From Octopus bimaculoides (lineage: Eukaryota): DNA of 33,329 nt. How positions within the stretch are numbered: the stretch's first letter is position 1; every line of letters starts with the position of its first letter. The stretch is taken from contig NC_068982.1 in assembly GCF_001194135.2 (NCBI RefSeq), positions 156,422,690 through 156,456,018 of the forward strand, in the 5' to 3' direction. The notes beneath the pieces are model-generated. The model made no database searches, had not been told where the DNA came from, and saw only the letters and a program-made list of their open reading frames with translations. Below, one piece after another: positions 1 through 12,979 of this stretch. The translations under genes and the position numbers were made by a program.

Positions 1-46
<46 letters not shown>
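1..46. repeat. (TA)n microsatellite
   Basis: Perfect TA dinucleotide run at the window start. Confidence 0.99.
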
Positions 47-51
<5 letters not shown>

Positions 52-1452
52 TTGTACACAATATATTTCTATGTGTCTTTCTACTTCTATTTCCACAAAT
101 ATACAGTCACACATTAGACACGACCTCCGACCATACATGCACACTCATACACGCACAGACGCAAAATGCGCATGCGCATACCCTCACACGGAAGCACATA
201 CATTCATTTGTGTTTGTAAATGGCATGAAAATAGATGTTGATGTATGTGTGTTCATATGTGCAAAGAGACACAGATACACAACAATGCAGACATATACGT
301 ACACGCAACGGTATTCTTTACACACATATATAAGTGTACAAGTATTAGTGTCTATAGGCGTGAATACATGCGTGTGTATGTGAGTGCGTGTTTAAGTTTA
401 CATAAACTAAGATTTCGTTTGAACATGGAATCTTCAACAATATTTTCACATTTACTGAGAAACATACAATTGTTCATACACATTTGCACACACTCACACA
501 TACTTACGTTCTCACTATAGACACACACCTAGCTTACTTCATGAACAGCTAAATATACATTGGGATTGAAGGAAAGCGAGAGCTGCAATGTAGAGAGAGA
601 ACCGGTAATATAACCTCCAGTTATTAGTAACGTAACTGGAACTGGAAGTAATTTGACACTTTACTCTGTAATTGTCGGAATTAATATTCATTTTCCTCTC
701 GGGAATTTCAACGTGATTTCTTTGGCTATTTTCCCTTGTTTCATTAGTCAATTTGATTTGATGCTTGCTTTCTCTCTTTCCTATGTTTTGTGTTTGTTTT
801 CTTCACAACCATATGTTCTGCGTATAAGTTGCTATTTCGTGAAGTGTAAATGAATATTGAATAAAGCGAAGAAAATTGCAAATAATCTTCTATAAATAAT
901 GATTTAATTTCTCTGAGCACAAAAATCAGTTTTATTTTGTTTGTTGTTATTAATTTTCTTTTGTCTTTGTTTCTGAAGAAAATAAGTAAATGATAAAATT
1001 TGGACAAAAATAATACAATGTGATGCGGCATTTTTATGAAAAGAGGAAAATCAGCGTAAGCTGGATTTGAACACATTCCTGTAAAACATATCTAGAACAT
1101 AAGTATGCATTTTTTCTGTTTATACATTTTGCTAAATTCAACGAAAACTATATTAGGTTATCTGCTTGTGTAGACTATGCCACTAATCTGATGACAATGA
1201 TTTCTAAGCCTACTTCTTACTATTTATCGTATAGTCTCAGGAAGTGTTCATGAGACTTAAAATCCTCTTAGAGTAGAGGAGTATCCGCAAACCAAAAACC
1301 AAAACCGGGTCTCGATGCTTGCCACAAAATAGATTCCGTTAGCATGCGCGTACTGCATAAACATAACAGACCAACACGATAACAGAAAAACACAATCTTC
1401 CTTACAATTAAGACTATCCCACTAACATTCAAAGGAAAAAAAACTTTAGCCA

Positions 1453-1586
<134 letters not shown>

Positions 1587-1589
1587 CTT

Positions 1590-2295
1590 TCCATGGTGGA
1601 TCTTTCAGACATGCCATCGGTTACACAGACACCACACTTACAAGCTATGCCGACAACATAAAAGTAGTACAAGCAGTCAAGGAACGTTCTGGTGCTAATC
1701 TTCTACATAAAGACCAAGATGCCGTATATAAATGGGCTGAGGAGAACCACATGCAATTTGATGCATGCAAATTCCAGTTAATTGGTCCTCAAAAGTCGCA
1801 ACAATGATACTTTGGACAAAAATGAGCGGCAATCGCAGAATCACATACGATGCGTGATCTTGGGGTTGATATGAGCAACGATGCTCTGTTTTACATGCAT
1901 ATCACCAAGATGGTGGCAGTGTGCAGGCGAATGGCCGGATGGGTTCTGAGAACCTTTAGAAAAAGGGACCAGGAATCTATGCTAGTCCTATGGAGGACAT
2001 TTGTTTTCAGCCGTCAAGACTTATTGCCCGCAACGGTGGTCACCTCATAGTGTCGGACTAATAGTGGAACGGTTCAGCGATGCTACTCAAGGAAGATTGC
2101 ATCAATAGAACAGCTGAGCTACTGGGAGAGATTAAAAAAAAAGTTATGAATCTACTGCCTGGAGTGAAGACGGGAGAGGTATGCAGTGCTATATGTGTGG
2201 AAGATACTGGAAGGGCTGGCACCAAACTTTGGAACTGAGTTATACCAGATTTTGAATCGGACGTCACTGCACTTTTCCAATAGTCCCAGTTGTCT
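1590..2295 (+). mobile_element. Degenerate CR1/L2-type LINE fragment (RT motif and C-terminal region)
   Basis: Translation gives [38 protein letters not shown] (degenerate YADD), then MRDLGVDMSNDALFYMHITKMVAVCRRMAGWVLRTFRKRDQESMLVLWRTFV, then RKIASIEQLSYWERLK..RERY..YVWKIL. These match typical CR1/L2 ORF2 motifs, with frameshifts. Homologous to 9021-9520. Confidence 0.9.
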
Positions 2296-2514
2296 TCATT
2301 AAGGTGTTATTTTTCCTCATCTTTCTTTTCATTTTTGCATTATTCCGTGTGTTTCCTTCAAAATTTTTTAACCCAGACTAGCTTTTTTTATTTCGGTCAA
2401 AGACAATAGATTCAACTATTATTTTGTTAGAGTTATTTCTACAGATATTCTAAAGAACTTATAGCCAGCACTGACTTTTGCTATAACGTTTCGTATCGAA
2501 TGCAAAAGTGGCTA

Positions 2515-2575
2515 ATGGGTTTATATGCCATATTTCAGGGGTTGTTGCCCTTTCTTCAGCACTCATCTAACCCAC
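2515..2575 (-). ncRNA. Type I hammerhead-ribozyme-like motif (Penelope type), stem I defective next to the core
   Basis: Minus strand reads CTGAAGA-A-AGGG-caacaac-CCCT-GAAA-TATG-G-CATA-TA, giving an AUA triplet. GTGGGTT pairs with AACCCAT but is offset from the core by a 9-nt bulge. Confidence 0.5.
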
Positions 2576-2691
2576 TATTTACTCCGAATGCATTGCTTAT
2601 ATAGCCACCGCCAACAGCGGTGTTACACCGCTATATGCGGTGGCTATGAAAATTTTCATATTAAATGCATTCCTGAGGATTGTATGTAAAC

Positions 2692-2787
2692 ATTAAAGAT
2701 TTATAGGTGCGTGGTACTTCGTTATGCAGACACAAACACAAACATGTGTTTGCCTAACGAAGTACCATGTACCTAGAAATCTTTAAT
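2692..2787. other. Near-perfect hairpin, 43-bp stem and 10-nt loop
   Basis: 2692-2734 pairs with 2745-2787: 38 Watson-Crick pairs, 3 G:U pairs on the + strand and 2 mismatches. Confidence 0.9.
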
Positions 2788-4110
2788 AGATTGAACATCT
2801 TTTGTGGCATATTCCACTTCAAAAGTCTGATTTTTAGCAAGTCTTTATACCATATTTTTCGTTTGCACTCTCTGCGCTTCCCAACAGACACAACATAAAC
2901 AACCTGCATAGGAATGCTCCCACCCTCCGTCTATATTAAATGACCTTTTCCATCACAGCTGATTGGAAAGCAGTAATGATGTGAATTGGAAGTGATGCCC
3001 CATTAAAGCCGTAGTCTAATAAATAAACCAATACAAAAAATAGCATAATATAACAGTAAATTGATATTTTTTTCCCCAATATTTCAATCTTGAAATTATA
3101 TAATTACTCATTGACAATACAAACCTTATTTCCTTAGTTCAGTCGGCTGTAGAAGAATCGTACTGGAGAAACACTTCAACAATTGTGCGGTAATCAGAGT
3201 GTTAAATCCATTATCATGCTTTAGAAAGAAAATGATATACTCGATAAATTCCAATATATCTGAAAAGGTGTAACGACTAGAAAAGAATATCAAGTGACTG
3301 AAACTGTCAGAAAACTATATTAATAAATTGCTTAAAGGATTCGAAGAAAATGATAGCAGAGGAAAAAATGTTACGTTAAGTTAGTAGACGATATGAGATT
3401 AAAGAAATCAGTATTTGCCGTAGAATGAAAATGAACCTTAACCGATAACCCTGCAGATTCAAATACATACCTGAGAAGGAAATATTTACGAAGACATATT
3501 TTACATTCTTTGTGGAGATTCTATTTTACAAAGATATTTTATTCATTCCCGAAATATATTCGGTAAAGTTACAAAGAAGATAAATGATCGACTAAAAACA
3601 AAACAAAACAAAAAACAAATGAAATTGCGCAAAGCAAATAGTAAGCCATCTCTTCAACCCAAGTGGACAATGTGTTAGATTCACAAGACATTCCCTTCAT
3701 TTGACCACCATTTTAAATTCCAGGAAAAAGTATATTAGAATCCGAAATATCAACATATTGATCCCAGACACACTTACTTTATTAGTATGATTCTCGTGTA
3801 TAAATAATTTATAATCGATTTATTCCACACCATGATAGTTCCCTGGATGAAATTTTTAAATAAATATTTATGACCTATACGAATGCAGTTCTCGGCTAAA
3901 TGTATATCCATGAAGTAAAATTAGACTCAAAACATCATATTAACAAAATAACTGCTATCGACTTGCATATAATTGTTGCTATAACTATAAATTATGCTTA
4001 TATATGTTTTTCATTTATAATATAATATATTTTAGTGGCTTAGAACAGGTAATATATTTTATCTCAAATGTCTGTTGGAGCAAATTACTATTATTCTCTC
4101 CTTTGAATTT

Positions 4111-4322
4111 AAAGCGGCGAGCTGGCAGGGACGTTAGCGTGCCGGGCGAAATGCTTAGCGGTATTTCGTCTGTCTTTACGTTCTAAGATCGAATTCCGTT
4201 GAAGAAGACGACTTTCATTCTTTCAGGGTCGATAAATTAAGTACCAGTTGCGTACTGGAGTCCATCTAATTGACTGGGTCTCTACACCCAAAACTTGGGG
4301 CCTTTGTTCCTAGAGAAAATAA
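4111..4322 (+). mobile_element. tRNA-derived SINE (family B, GGCGAGCTGGCAG head) with 16-bp target-site duplication
   Basis: Homologous to 26541-26760, 32367-32525 and 32526-32705. Central TTTCATTCTTTCAGGGTCGATAAATTAAGTACCAG domain. TATTCTCTCCTTTGAA is repeated at 4092-4107 and 4323-4338. Confidence 0.9.
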
Positions 4323-4699
4323 TATTCTCTCCTTTGAAGTTTTTGGGGAAAAAGAAAAAAATTTTTCGTTATATTGTAAATTTTATTTCTTTATATTCTG
4401 CAGAAGGCAACAAAGAATAAATAAATAAATAAATAAATAGATGGAAAGTTTGAAAAATTTTCGGGGAACAACCAGCAAAGCAAGCGAAATTAATGGGGAC
4501 GATTTCGGCTTCATTTTCCTAAGTAAAACTTCGGCAAGGAGGATGTTTCAGAAGTTCATAAAAGGAATGGCTACACAAAGTGTTTAGTATAACCATGTGA
4601 AAAGATCTGGAACATTCGAAGGCTTTGTTCCTCTGTTTCATAATAATTTAATTTACTAAACGTGAAATTTTATTAGAAAAGAAATATACTAAACATAAT

Positions 4700-4880
4700 T
4701 CGGCACGCGAAGACAGTAAGTTCGCTTGGGATCGAACATTCCAGGAAAACTGGAAGCTACCGTGGACCATTTGGATAGGCGTCGAGAAAACTGTAGCAGG
4801 TTGACCACACTGGCGAATGTTTGCTATCTTGTGGGCCTCAAAACACGACGAGAAGCTAAGATCCACTGTAAATGATAAAT
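4700..4880 (+). mobile_element. Possible degenerate 3' end of an RTE-clade LINE ORF
   Basis: One frame reads WDRTFQENWKLPWTIWIGVEKTVAG*PHWRMFAILWASKH, which resembles the RTE C-terminus (W.RT..ED....W..VE..A.DR..WR....LC). Recognised by eye only. Confidence 0.4.
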
Positions 4881-5547
4881 AACTTGATAATTCCGTCGAG
4901 CAGAAAGTGAGGCAGAAACTATAGAAGAGAAGAAAAAATGAAAGCAAACCTCGACAACAGAATGATGGGATAGAGACTGCAGTGAGCTTATGATTCAAGA
5001 AGTATCATATGGATGACCTTTTATTTTAATGTATGCCAGTAGAATACGTGAAGTAAGATTTAACATGAGCGAACCCTACAGCACACATAAGTTAATGGAA
5101 TGTTCATAACAAGAGTGTTAGAGGAAAGGCCCACTCGGAAGTGATGACAAATGCTGAGAACCCATAGGCGCACAATTTAGTTAAGATGTATGTAAGTGTG
5201 ACACAGTCGCGTGGGTTTGTAGATCAAAGACTTGATTAGTCATTTTCATGTTTATTAATTACAGAAAAAGGATGGGAGGTCGCATGGAATCCGACGTAAT
5301 ACACGAGAAGAGTTAGCTGCAAGATACTTGCCTGGATACCCTGCAGTATGGAATCTAACGTCTTGACGTCCACGCCAATACTCAATCTCTGTCTTTATTT
5401 CTAGGATCCATCCCTTTTGGGACATACAATAAATTACTCACCATATATACATATACACATACGTATATATATAAACACACATACATACATGTGTATATAT
5501 ACACTTACATGTATATATACACATGTATATATATACACATATGTAAA

Positions 5548-5550
<3 letters not shown>

Positions 5551-5601
<51 letters not shown>
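5551..5601. repeat. (GT)n microsatellite
   Basis: Read directly from the sequence. Confidence 0.98.
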
Positions 5602-5603
<2 letters not shown>

Positions 5604-6080
5604 TACTCACCACGGAATAATTGTCATCGCTTTAAACGCCAGGTCAATTATTATAGAGTAGACCTAATGTAATTATTGCAACCGTGGCATTCGTTCTTAT
5701 ATTCTCTGTGGCTCGCACTCTCTAAATCCAAACATAATCATACACAACAATGTACTAAGTGGTATGTACACCCACCACATCAACGCATATCTATCTATCT
5801 ATCTATCTATCTTGCTACACACATAAACTTACTTATATGAACTTATCAACTTACGTAATCGCAAATAACGGAAGTCTCCCGACTCAAAATAAAGAAAAAG
5901 CAATGTCACCTTAATAGTGACCAACTTGATTTTTGTGAATAAGAACTTAAATAAATCTCGAAGAAAAACATTATTTACACGTATATATGTACAGAGGTAT
6001 GTTTATTGGAATAAATGGCTATACATAGAATTTATGTTTGGCAGTGTGTCTCTCGATACGACATTAGCAGTTTGACTCTA

Positions 6081-6119
<39 letters not shown>

Positions 6120-7388
6120 TGTGTGTTTGCGTATAGATAGATAGATATGCGCATATCTATATGTGTATGTGGTTTCACTGCAGATATCACAAATCTTTGG
6201 AAGTTCCCCGTTTAGGACACTTGGACACTTAAACGAAGAAAGCTGTTGCCATTTTGGCAATATACTGCACATAATCAGTACACAGACCTTCACTTATATG
6301 CAAATGGTTGCCAACATTTTACAATTATGAAGACGAACACCAAGAAGGTCATGCCATTAACACCCTACGCGACATATACATATATATGTATGTATGCATT
6401 TGTGTATATAGATGCAGAAATTATGTATGCATATAAAACAAACACACACATACTTACATATATGTGTGCGTCTATTTAATTATGGGGACATGGATTCAAT
6501 CTGGAATATTATATTCCAAGAAAGGACAATAACATTTCCTTAAATGCGGAGTAAGAATATATGTGAAGAATAGAGACTAATATTTTAAAAGAAAGAAAAA
6601 AGTAAAGGAAAAAATAACACATACAAACACATACATACATGCACACAACATCACAAAAGATTATTTAAAAGATAGTAGTGATAAGAAAAGCCAAAGCATA
6701 AGGTAAGGAAAAATTCTTATAAATTTATCCTTTATTTCTATCGAGATCAAAATGGTTGACAAGTGACATCTCCCAATGGGGAAACGTGGCTACAGCAGTG
6801 TTTCTTTATTACGCGATAAATACGTCATTTGTTTCGTCCGTTACTGCGTTTAAATTACCGGTAGAAATTGCTTTACGGCAATCTTTCATTAAATATGGCA
6901 CCGGGGAGAGATTGACTTTTGATCCGATTCGCAACTGGTGACCAACGGCCATTCACTGTGATTGATATCCACAACAAAAGGTTTTTATAATCAAAACCTG
7001 ACGGGAGAGGTCATATACGGTTAATGAAGAGGCAGCAGAGAGAGCGAAACCTGCTGTGATGGAGAATAAATAGATCATAGACACACACTCACACGCGTGT
7101 GCGCACATGCATAAACAAAGATATGTATATACACATACGCTCACCAATACGTACATATTCATATACACACGTACACGCAGACATACTGGGATAAACACAG
7201 ACAGCTGTGTATATAAAAGGACATACATTTACACTGGTATGCTTATATGTGTTTGTGTTAATGTGCGTCTATATATATATATATTATAGCTTCGTATGCT
7301 GTTTGTGTGGATATATGTGTATGTAGGCGATTACTGATGTGTATACGCGTGTGCTTAGAGGTGTATAAACATTATATATATACATGTG

Positions 7389-7419
<31 letters not shown>

Positions 7420-7859
7420 CGTATGCATGTATGTATATTTGTATGTGTGTGTGCATGTCTCTATGCGCACGCGTGTGTGTCTGTGTCTCTGTGGGCGCGT
7501 GTGTATGTTTGTGTGTGTGTGTATAGAAATACATATACATATATATATAGGTAATGGATTTTCTACGTTCACTATAGATACACGCGAAGAAGAAGGCACC
7601 ATCTACTGGATCATGAAATCTACCATGTCTCTCTCTTTCTCTCTCTTCCCCCCCCTCTCTCTTTCTCTCTTTCTCTCTCTCACACACACACTTTCTTTCT
7701 CTCTGTGTTTTCTTTTTTTCTTTCTTTCTGACCCTATCTGTTTACTTTTAATCCACGAAAGTTGAGTGCACGCACGTACATCTGCAATACCCCTGTTACT
7801 GACTGCACGAACAAATCTAACTGCACACACTCACATATATACTCACACACCCACACAAA

Positions 7860-8490
<631 letters not shown>

Positions 8491-8919
8491 GTAACTAAAT
8501 GCGTAGGAGCTTGCGCGCCTATGCGATCTACGTATATTCATGTGTATTTGAATAACTGTATATTGATCTCGCTACTTCACTGTTTATAGCGACTTTGCTG
8601 AGATGTCCATGTGACACATCACAGTCTTTATCTTTCATTTAATCCTCACAGGGATATCATAATCCTTTATCGTGTTATATTAGTTTCTATGTTAATAGCT
8701 GTTCTTCTTAATGTTTTTTTATTTGTTTTCTTTCTTGCTGTCGTTGACTTTAGTTTGTTACAGTTGTTGTTGTAATTGAAGTTGCAGTTACAACTGTTTT
8801 TATCATGTTTGTTGTTGTTATTACAAGTATAGAGCATCTGGTCCTGATATAATACATACGTACATACATATATATGTCTATATATAAATGTACATACTTG
8901 CATGAGTACATACATATAC

Positions 8920-8921
<2 letters not shown>

Positions 8922-8995
<74 letters not shown>

Positions 8996-9010
8996 CTCTC
9001 TCTTTCTCTC
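8922..9010. repeat. (CT)n microsatellite
   Basis: Read directly from the sequence. Confidence 0.97.
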
Positions 9011-9020
9011 TTTATATATA

Positions 9021-9520
9021 TATCCAAGGAAGATTGCATCAATGGAACAGCTGAGGTACTGGGAGAGACTGAAAGAAATACGACTCTACACTCTAGAGCG
9101 AAATCCGGAGAGATATGCAATGGTATATGTATGGAAGATATTGCATGATCTAGAACCAAATCTTCGGACCTGAGAGCTTTACCAGACGTCACTGGACGTC
9201 ACTGTACTGTTAATAAGGTCCCAGCTGCTCCATCTAGGGTGGGGATCATGTACTTCAATAGTTTGGGATTCAAGGGCTCACAGCTATTTAACGCCTAAAC
9301 AAAATATCTGAGGTATCTTTATGGAGTGGGAGTAGATGTTTTCCAGAAACAACGTGACCTCTTGCTATCCAAAGTCCCAGATAAACCAATATCAAAGGAG
9401 GAGGCTGAAAAGCGGACAGCAGTGTCGAACAGCTTCCCTCATCAAAATCACATAAAAATTGATCATTGAAAAGGTTATCACACGGCATGGTTACAGCCTC
9501 AGGGAGGAAACATAAAAGAA
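9021..9520 (+). mobile_element. 3' end of a CR1/L2-type LINE (second copy of the 1590-2295 family)
   Basis: Reads YPRKIASMEQLRYWERLKEIRLYTLERNPERYAMVYVWKILHDLEPN, then frameshifted NSLGFKGSQLFNA..LLSKVPDKP. 9021-9230 aligns at nucleotide level with 2082-2290. Confidence 0.9.
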
Positions 9521-9535
9521 TAAGACGTGTGTGTG

Positions 9536-9566
<31 letters not shown>

Positions 9567-10131
9567 NNNNNNNNNNNNNNNNNNNNNNNNNNNNNNNNNN
9601 NNNNNNNNNNNNNNNNNNNNNNNNNNNNNNNNNNNNNNNNNNNNNNNNNNNNNNNNNNNNNNNNNNNNNNNNNNNNNNNNNNNNNNNNNNNNNNNNNNNN
9701 NNNNNNNNNNNNNNNNNNNNNNNNNNNNNNNNNNNNNNNNNNNNNNNNNNNNNNNNNNNNNNNNNNNNNNNNNNNNNNNNNNNNNNNNNNNNNNNNNNNN
9801 NNNNNNNNNNNNNNNNNNNNNNNNNNNNNNNNNNNNNNNNNNNNNNNNNNNNNNNNNNNNNNNNNNNNNNNNNNNNNNNNNNNNNNNNNNNNNNNNNNNN
9901 NNNNNNNNNNNNNNNNNNNNNNNNNNNNNNNNNNNNNNNNNNNNNNNNNNNNNNNNNNNNNNNNNNNNNNNNNNNNNNNNNNNNNNNNNNNNNNNNNNNN
10001 NNNNNNNNNNNNNNNNNNNNNNNNNNNNNNNNNNNNNNNNNNNNNNNNNNNNNNNNNNNNNNNNNNNNNNNNNNNNNNNNNNNNNNNNNNNNNNNNNNNN
10101 NNNNNNNNNNNNNNNNNNNNNNNNNNNNNNN

Positions 10132-10555
10132 GTGTAGAGATTCTGTCTTTACATTGATAGAAAGAGTATATAAGAAATTTGGGATTTTTATTTCTAGCGT
10201 AATAGTGTATGGGGCCACTGAGTAGAATTTGATGGTTTTGTGGGAGATTTTTGTGTTCTTTATGGACTGCTACTCTTCTGCGTAAAGGGACGCTCGTCTC
10301 TCCGATATAATTGAGTTGGTAACATGTGTATGTAAGGACATAAATGAGGTTCTCGGAGGAACAAGAGAAGTTGGTCTTGATTTTAAACTTTGTTCCTTGT
10401 TTGAAAGTAAATTCAGAGCCTTCAAGTAGGTAGGGGCAGGTACCACAGTTAGGGCGTGCACATTTTTTAACTGATGGAGGTGGATGTGGTGTGTGTAAAT
10501 TGGCATTTGTTAAGTCGTTAAGAGTTTTTTCAATGATTTGTGTTGCGTTTTGCAT
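10132..10555 (-). mobile_element. Penelope-like element GIY-YIG endonuclease fragment (runs into an assembly gap)
   Basis: VKKCARPNCGTCPY (Cys cluster) followed by SCSSENLIYVLTYTCYQLNYIGETSVPLRRRVAVH. This is the LIY..YIGET..L..R..H signature of PLE GIY-YIG domains, with an altered CxxC. Confidence 0.88.
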
Positions 10556-10603
10556 TTAAGGATTTCATGTGTATTGATAATATTATTCATTGTATATATA
10601 TAT

Positions 10604-10986
10604 ACTTTTTACTCTTTACACGTTTCAGTCATTTGACTGCGGCCATGCTTGAGCACCACCTTTAGTTGAAGAAATCTACCCAAGGATTTATTATTTGTAA
10701 GCCTAGAACTTATTCTATCGATCTCTTTTGCCAAACCACTAAGTCTCGCGGACATAAACACAACAACATCGGTTGTCAAGCGATTGTGGGGGAACAAACA
10801 CAGACACGAAGACACGCACACATAAATACATATACATATATACACGACGGGCTTCTTTCAGTTTCCGTCTACGAAATCCATGCACAAGGCTTTGGTCGGC
10901 CCGAGGCTATAGTAGAAGACACTTGCTCAAGTTACCACGCAGTGGGACTGAACCCGGAACCAAGTGATTGGGAGCAAGCTTCTTTC
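10604..10986 (-). mobile_element. tRNA-derived CORE-like SINE (family A), extreme 5' end missing
   Basis: Reverse complement of 30829-31240, with B box GGTTCAGTCCC, an internal CA/TA tract and a GAGTAAAA tail. Confidence 0.92.
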
Positions 10987-12094
10987 CAATGTATATATGC
11001 GGTACTCCAGCGATGCCACAGCCTCAGGGCTGATACATATAAAAAAATAAAAGAATATAGACATATAGATACAGCTAGGCTTTTGTAAACGTGGAATATA
11101 TAGGATGTCAAACAAATTGGAATAAGACTGTAGTCTTGTAGACCTTTACCTTTGAATGTCTTCAACCCACCACCTCTAGGACTCTCCTGTCTCTCTCATC
11201 TTTTATTTCTCCGTCTCTATCTGTGTGTCATTATCGCGACCATTCCTATGTTACCATTCATTCTTACACTCCGTTTTTTTTCTCTCTCTGACCCCTTGCT
11301 ATTTTCTTTTATGTTCCTCTTTCTCGTCATCTCTTGAATCTTCGTTGTCAGCAGTATATCAGATGTGAAAAAAAAAGAAGAAACAGTAAAAACGAAAAAG
11401 AAAACGATACTATGTGAGTTTAAATAATACAAATATTTTTAGTAGAAAAGATNNNNNNNNNNNNNNNNNNNNNNNNNNNNNNNNNNNNNNNNNNNNNNNN
11501 NNNNNNNNNNNNNNNNNNNNNNNNNNNNNNNNNNNNNNNNNNNNNNNNNNNNNNNNNNNNNNNNNNNNNNNNNNNNNNNNNNNNNNNNNNNNNNNNNNNN
11601 NNNNNNNNNNNNNNNNNNNNNNNNNNNNNNNNNNNNNNNNNNNNNNNNNNNNNNNNNNNNNNNNNNNNNNNNNNNNNNNNNNNNNNNNNNNNNNNNNNNN
11701 NNNNNNNNNNNNNNNNNNNNNNNNNNNNNNNNNNNNNNNNNNNNNNNNNNNNNNNNNNNNNNNNNNNNNNNNNNNNNNNNNNNNNNNNNNNNNNNNNNNN
11801 NNNNNNATATATATATATATATATATATATATATACGTTCATTCATACACATGTATGTACACTCATGCCTATGTGTGCGTATGTGTGTGCGTTTGTGAGT
11901 GTTCGTGTTATTTCGCACGTGTGTGCATGTGAAACAAATAAATCCAAGTCTTGTCTGCAACGTACGTCTTGGGAAGGTCTACGGCAAGCAATCTGTTCAC
12001 TAGAAATGTGATATTGCAGGAGAAGGTCACAACATTTATATGAGTATCTAGAGACAAGATACATGAGCACACAAACACACACACACACACATAT

Positions 12095-12163
12095 ATGTAT
12101 GCAGTATGTATGTATTATGTATGTATGTATGTATGTATGTATGTATGTATGTATGTATGCATG

Positions 12164-12197
<34 letters not shown>

Positions 12198-12210
12198 TGT
12201 ATGTATGTAT
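12095..12210. repeat. (ATGT)n microsatellite
   Basis: Read directly from the sequence. Confidence 0.97.
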
Positions 12211-12597
12211 AAATATATGCATCGCAAAAACCAGAAAACTAAAAACGGATAATGGATAAAAACTTTATATTAATATTTGGTAATATAGCTTTACAAATAA
12301 AATCTAAAAACTGAATTTTCAAATAATTTAAAATGAGAGAGAGAAAGAACACATTATGAAACGCATGTGCTGGGGAGTGTACTCTTCGAGAATTGAATAC
12401 CTGAACATTCTATGTAGCAAGGACCGTATACCGGTTCATACGGCTTATATATCCACGACAGAACAAAATACTAGGCAGAACATGGACTAGTATTTGAAGT
12501 AGACCACTTTAACATGATTAGAATGATAAAGTAAAAACAATTATTTTAATAGTTTTCGAAACACTCAAAGCATAACATTTATCATATTTTCTGCCAT

Positions 12598-12790
12598 TCA
12601 CTTGTTCCAGCAATCAGACTGCGGTCTTGCTGGGGCACCGTCTTGGAGAATGCTTTGTCGAATAAATCGATTCTACTACTTATATTTTTTAAGCATGATA
12701 ATTAAGTTACCGAGACGTAAACACACCAACACCAGTCGTCAATTATGGTGTGGGACAAATATAGATGTATTGACGCACACACACATTTAT
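12598..12790 (-). mobile_element. Diverged 3' half of a family A SINE
   Basis: GACTGCGGTCTTGCTGGGGCACC..GTCGAATAAATCGA..AAGTTACCGAGACGTAAACACACCAACACC aligns by eye with 10630-10800. Confidence 0.7.
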
Positions 12791-12939
12791 GTATGTAAAT
12801 ATATATATATGCGTGTGTGTGTGTACAGATATACATATTTTTGTATATATATATATATGCATATATATATATACACATATATAAATACATGTATTACATG
12901 TATGTGTCTATATATATATATATCTAAATGTATGCCTCG

Positions 12940-12979
<40 letters not shown>

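Noticed and set aside
7545-7630. GNGFSTFTIDTREEEGTIYW, faintly cadherin-like
   Set aside because: Very short, lacks DRE/DxNDN motifs, sits between microsatellites and has no convincing donor.
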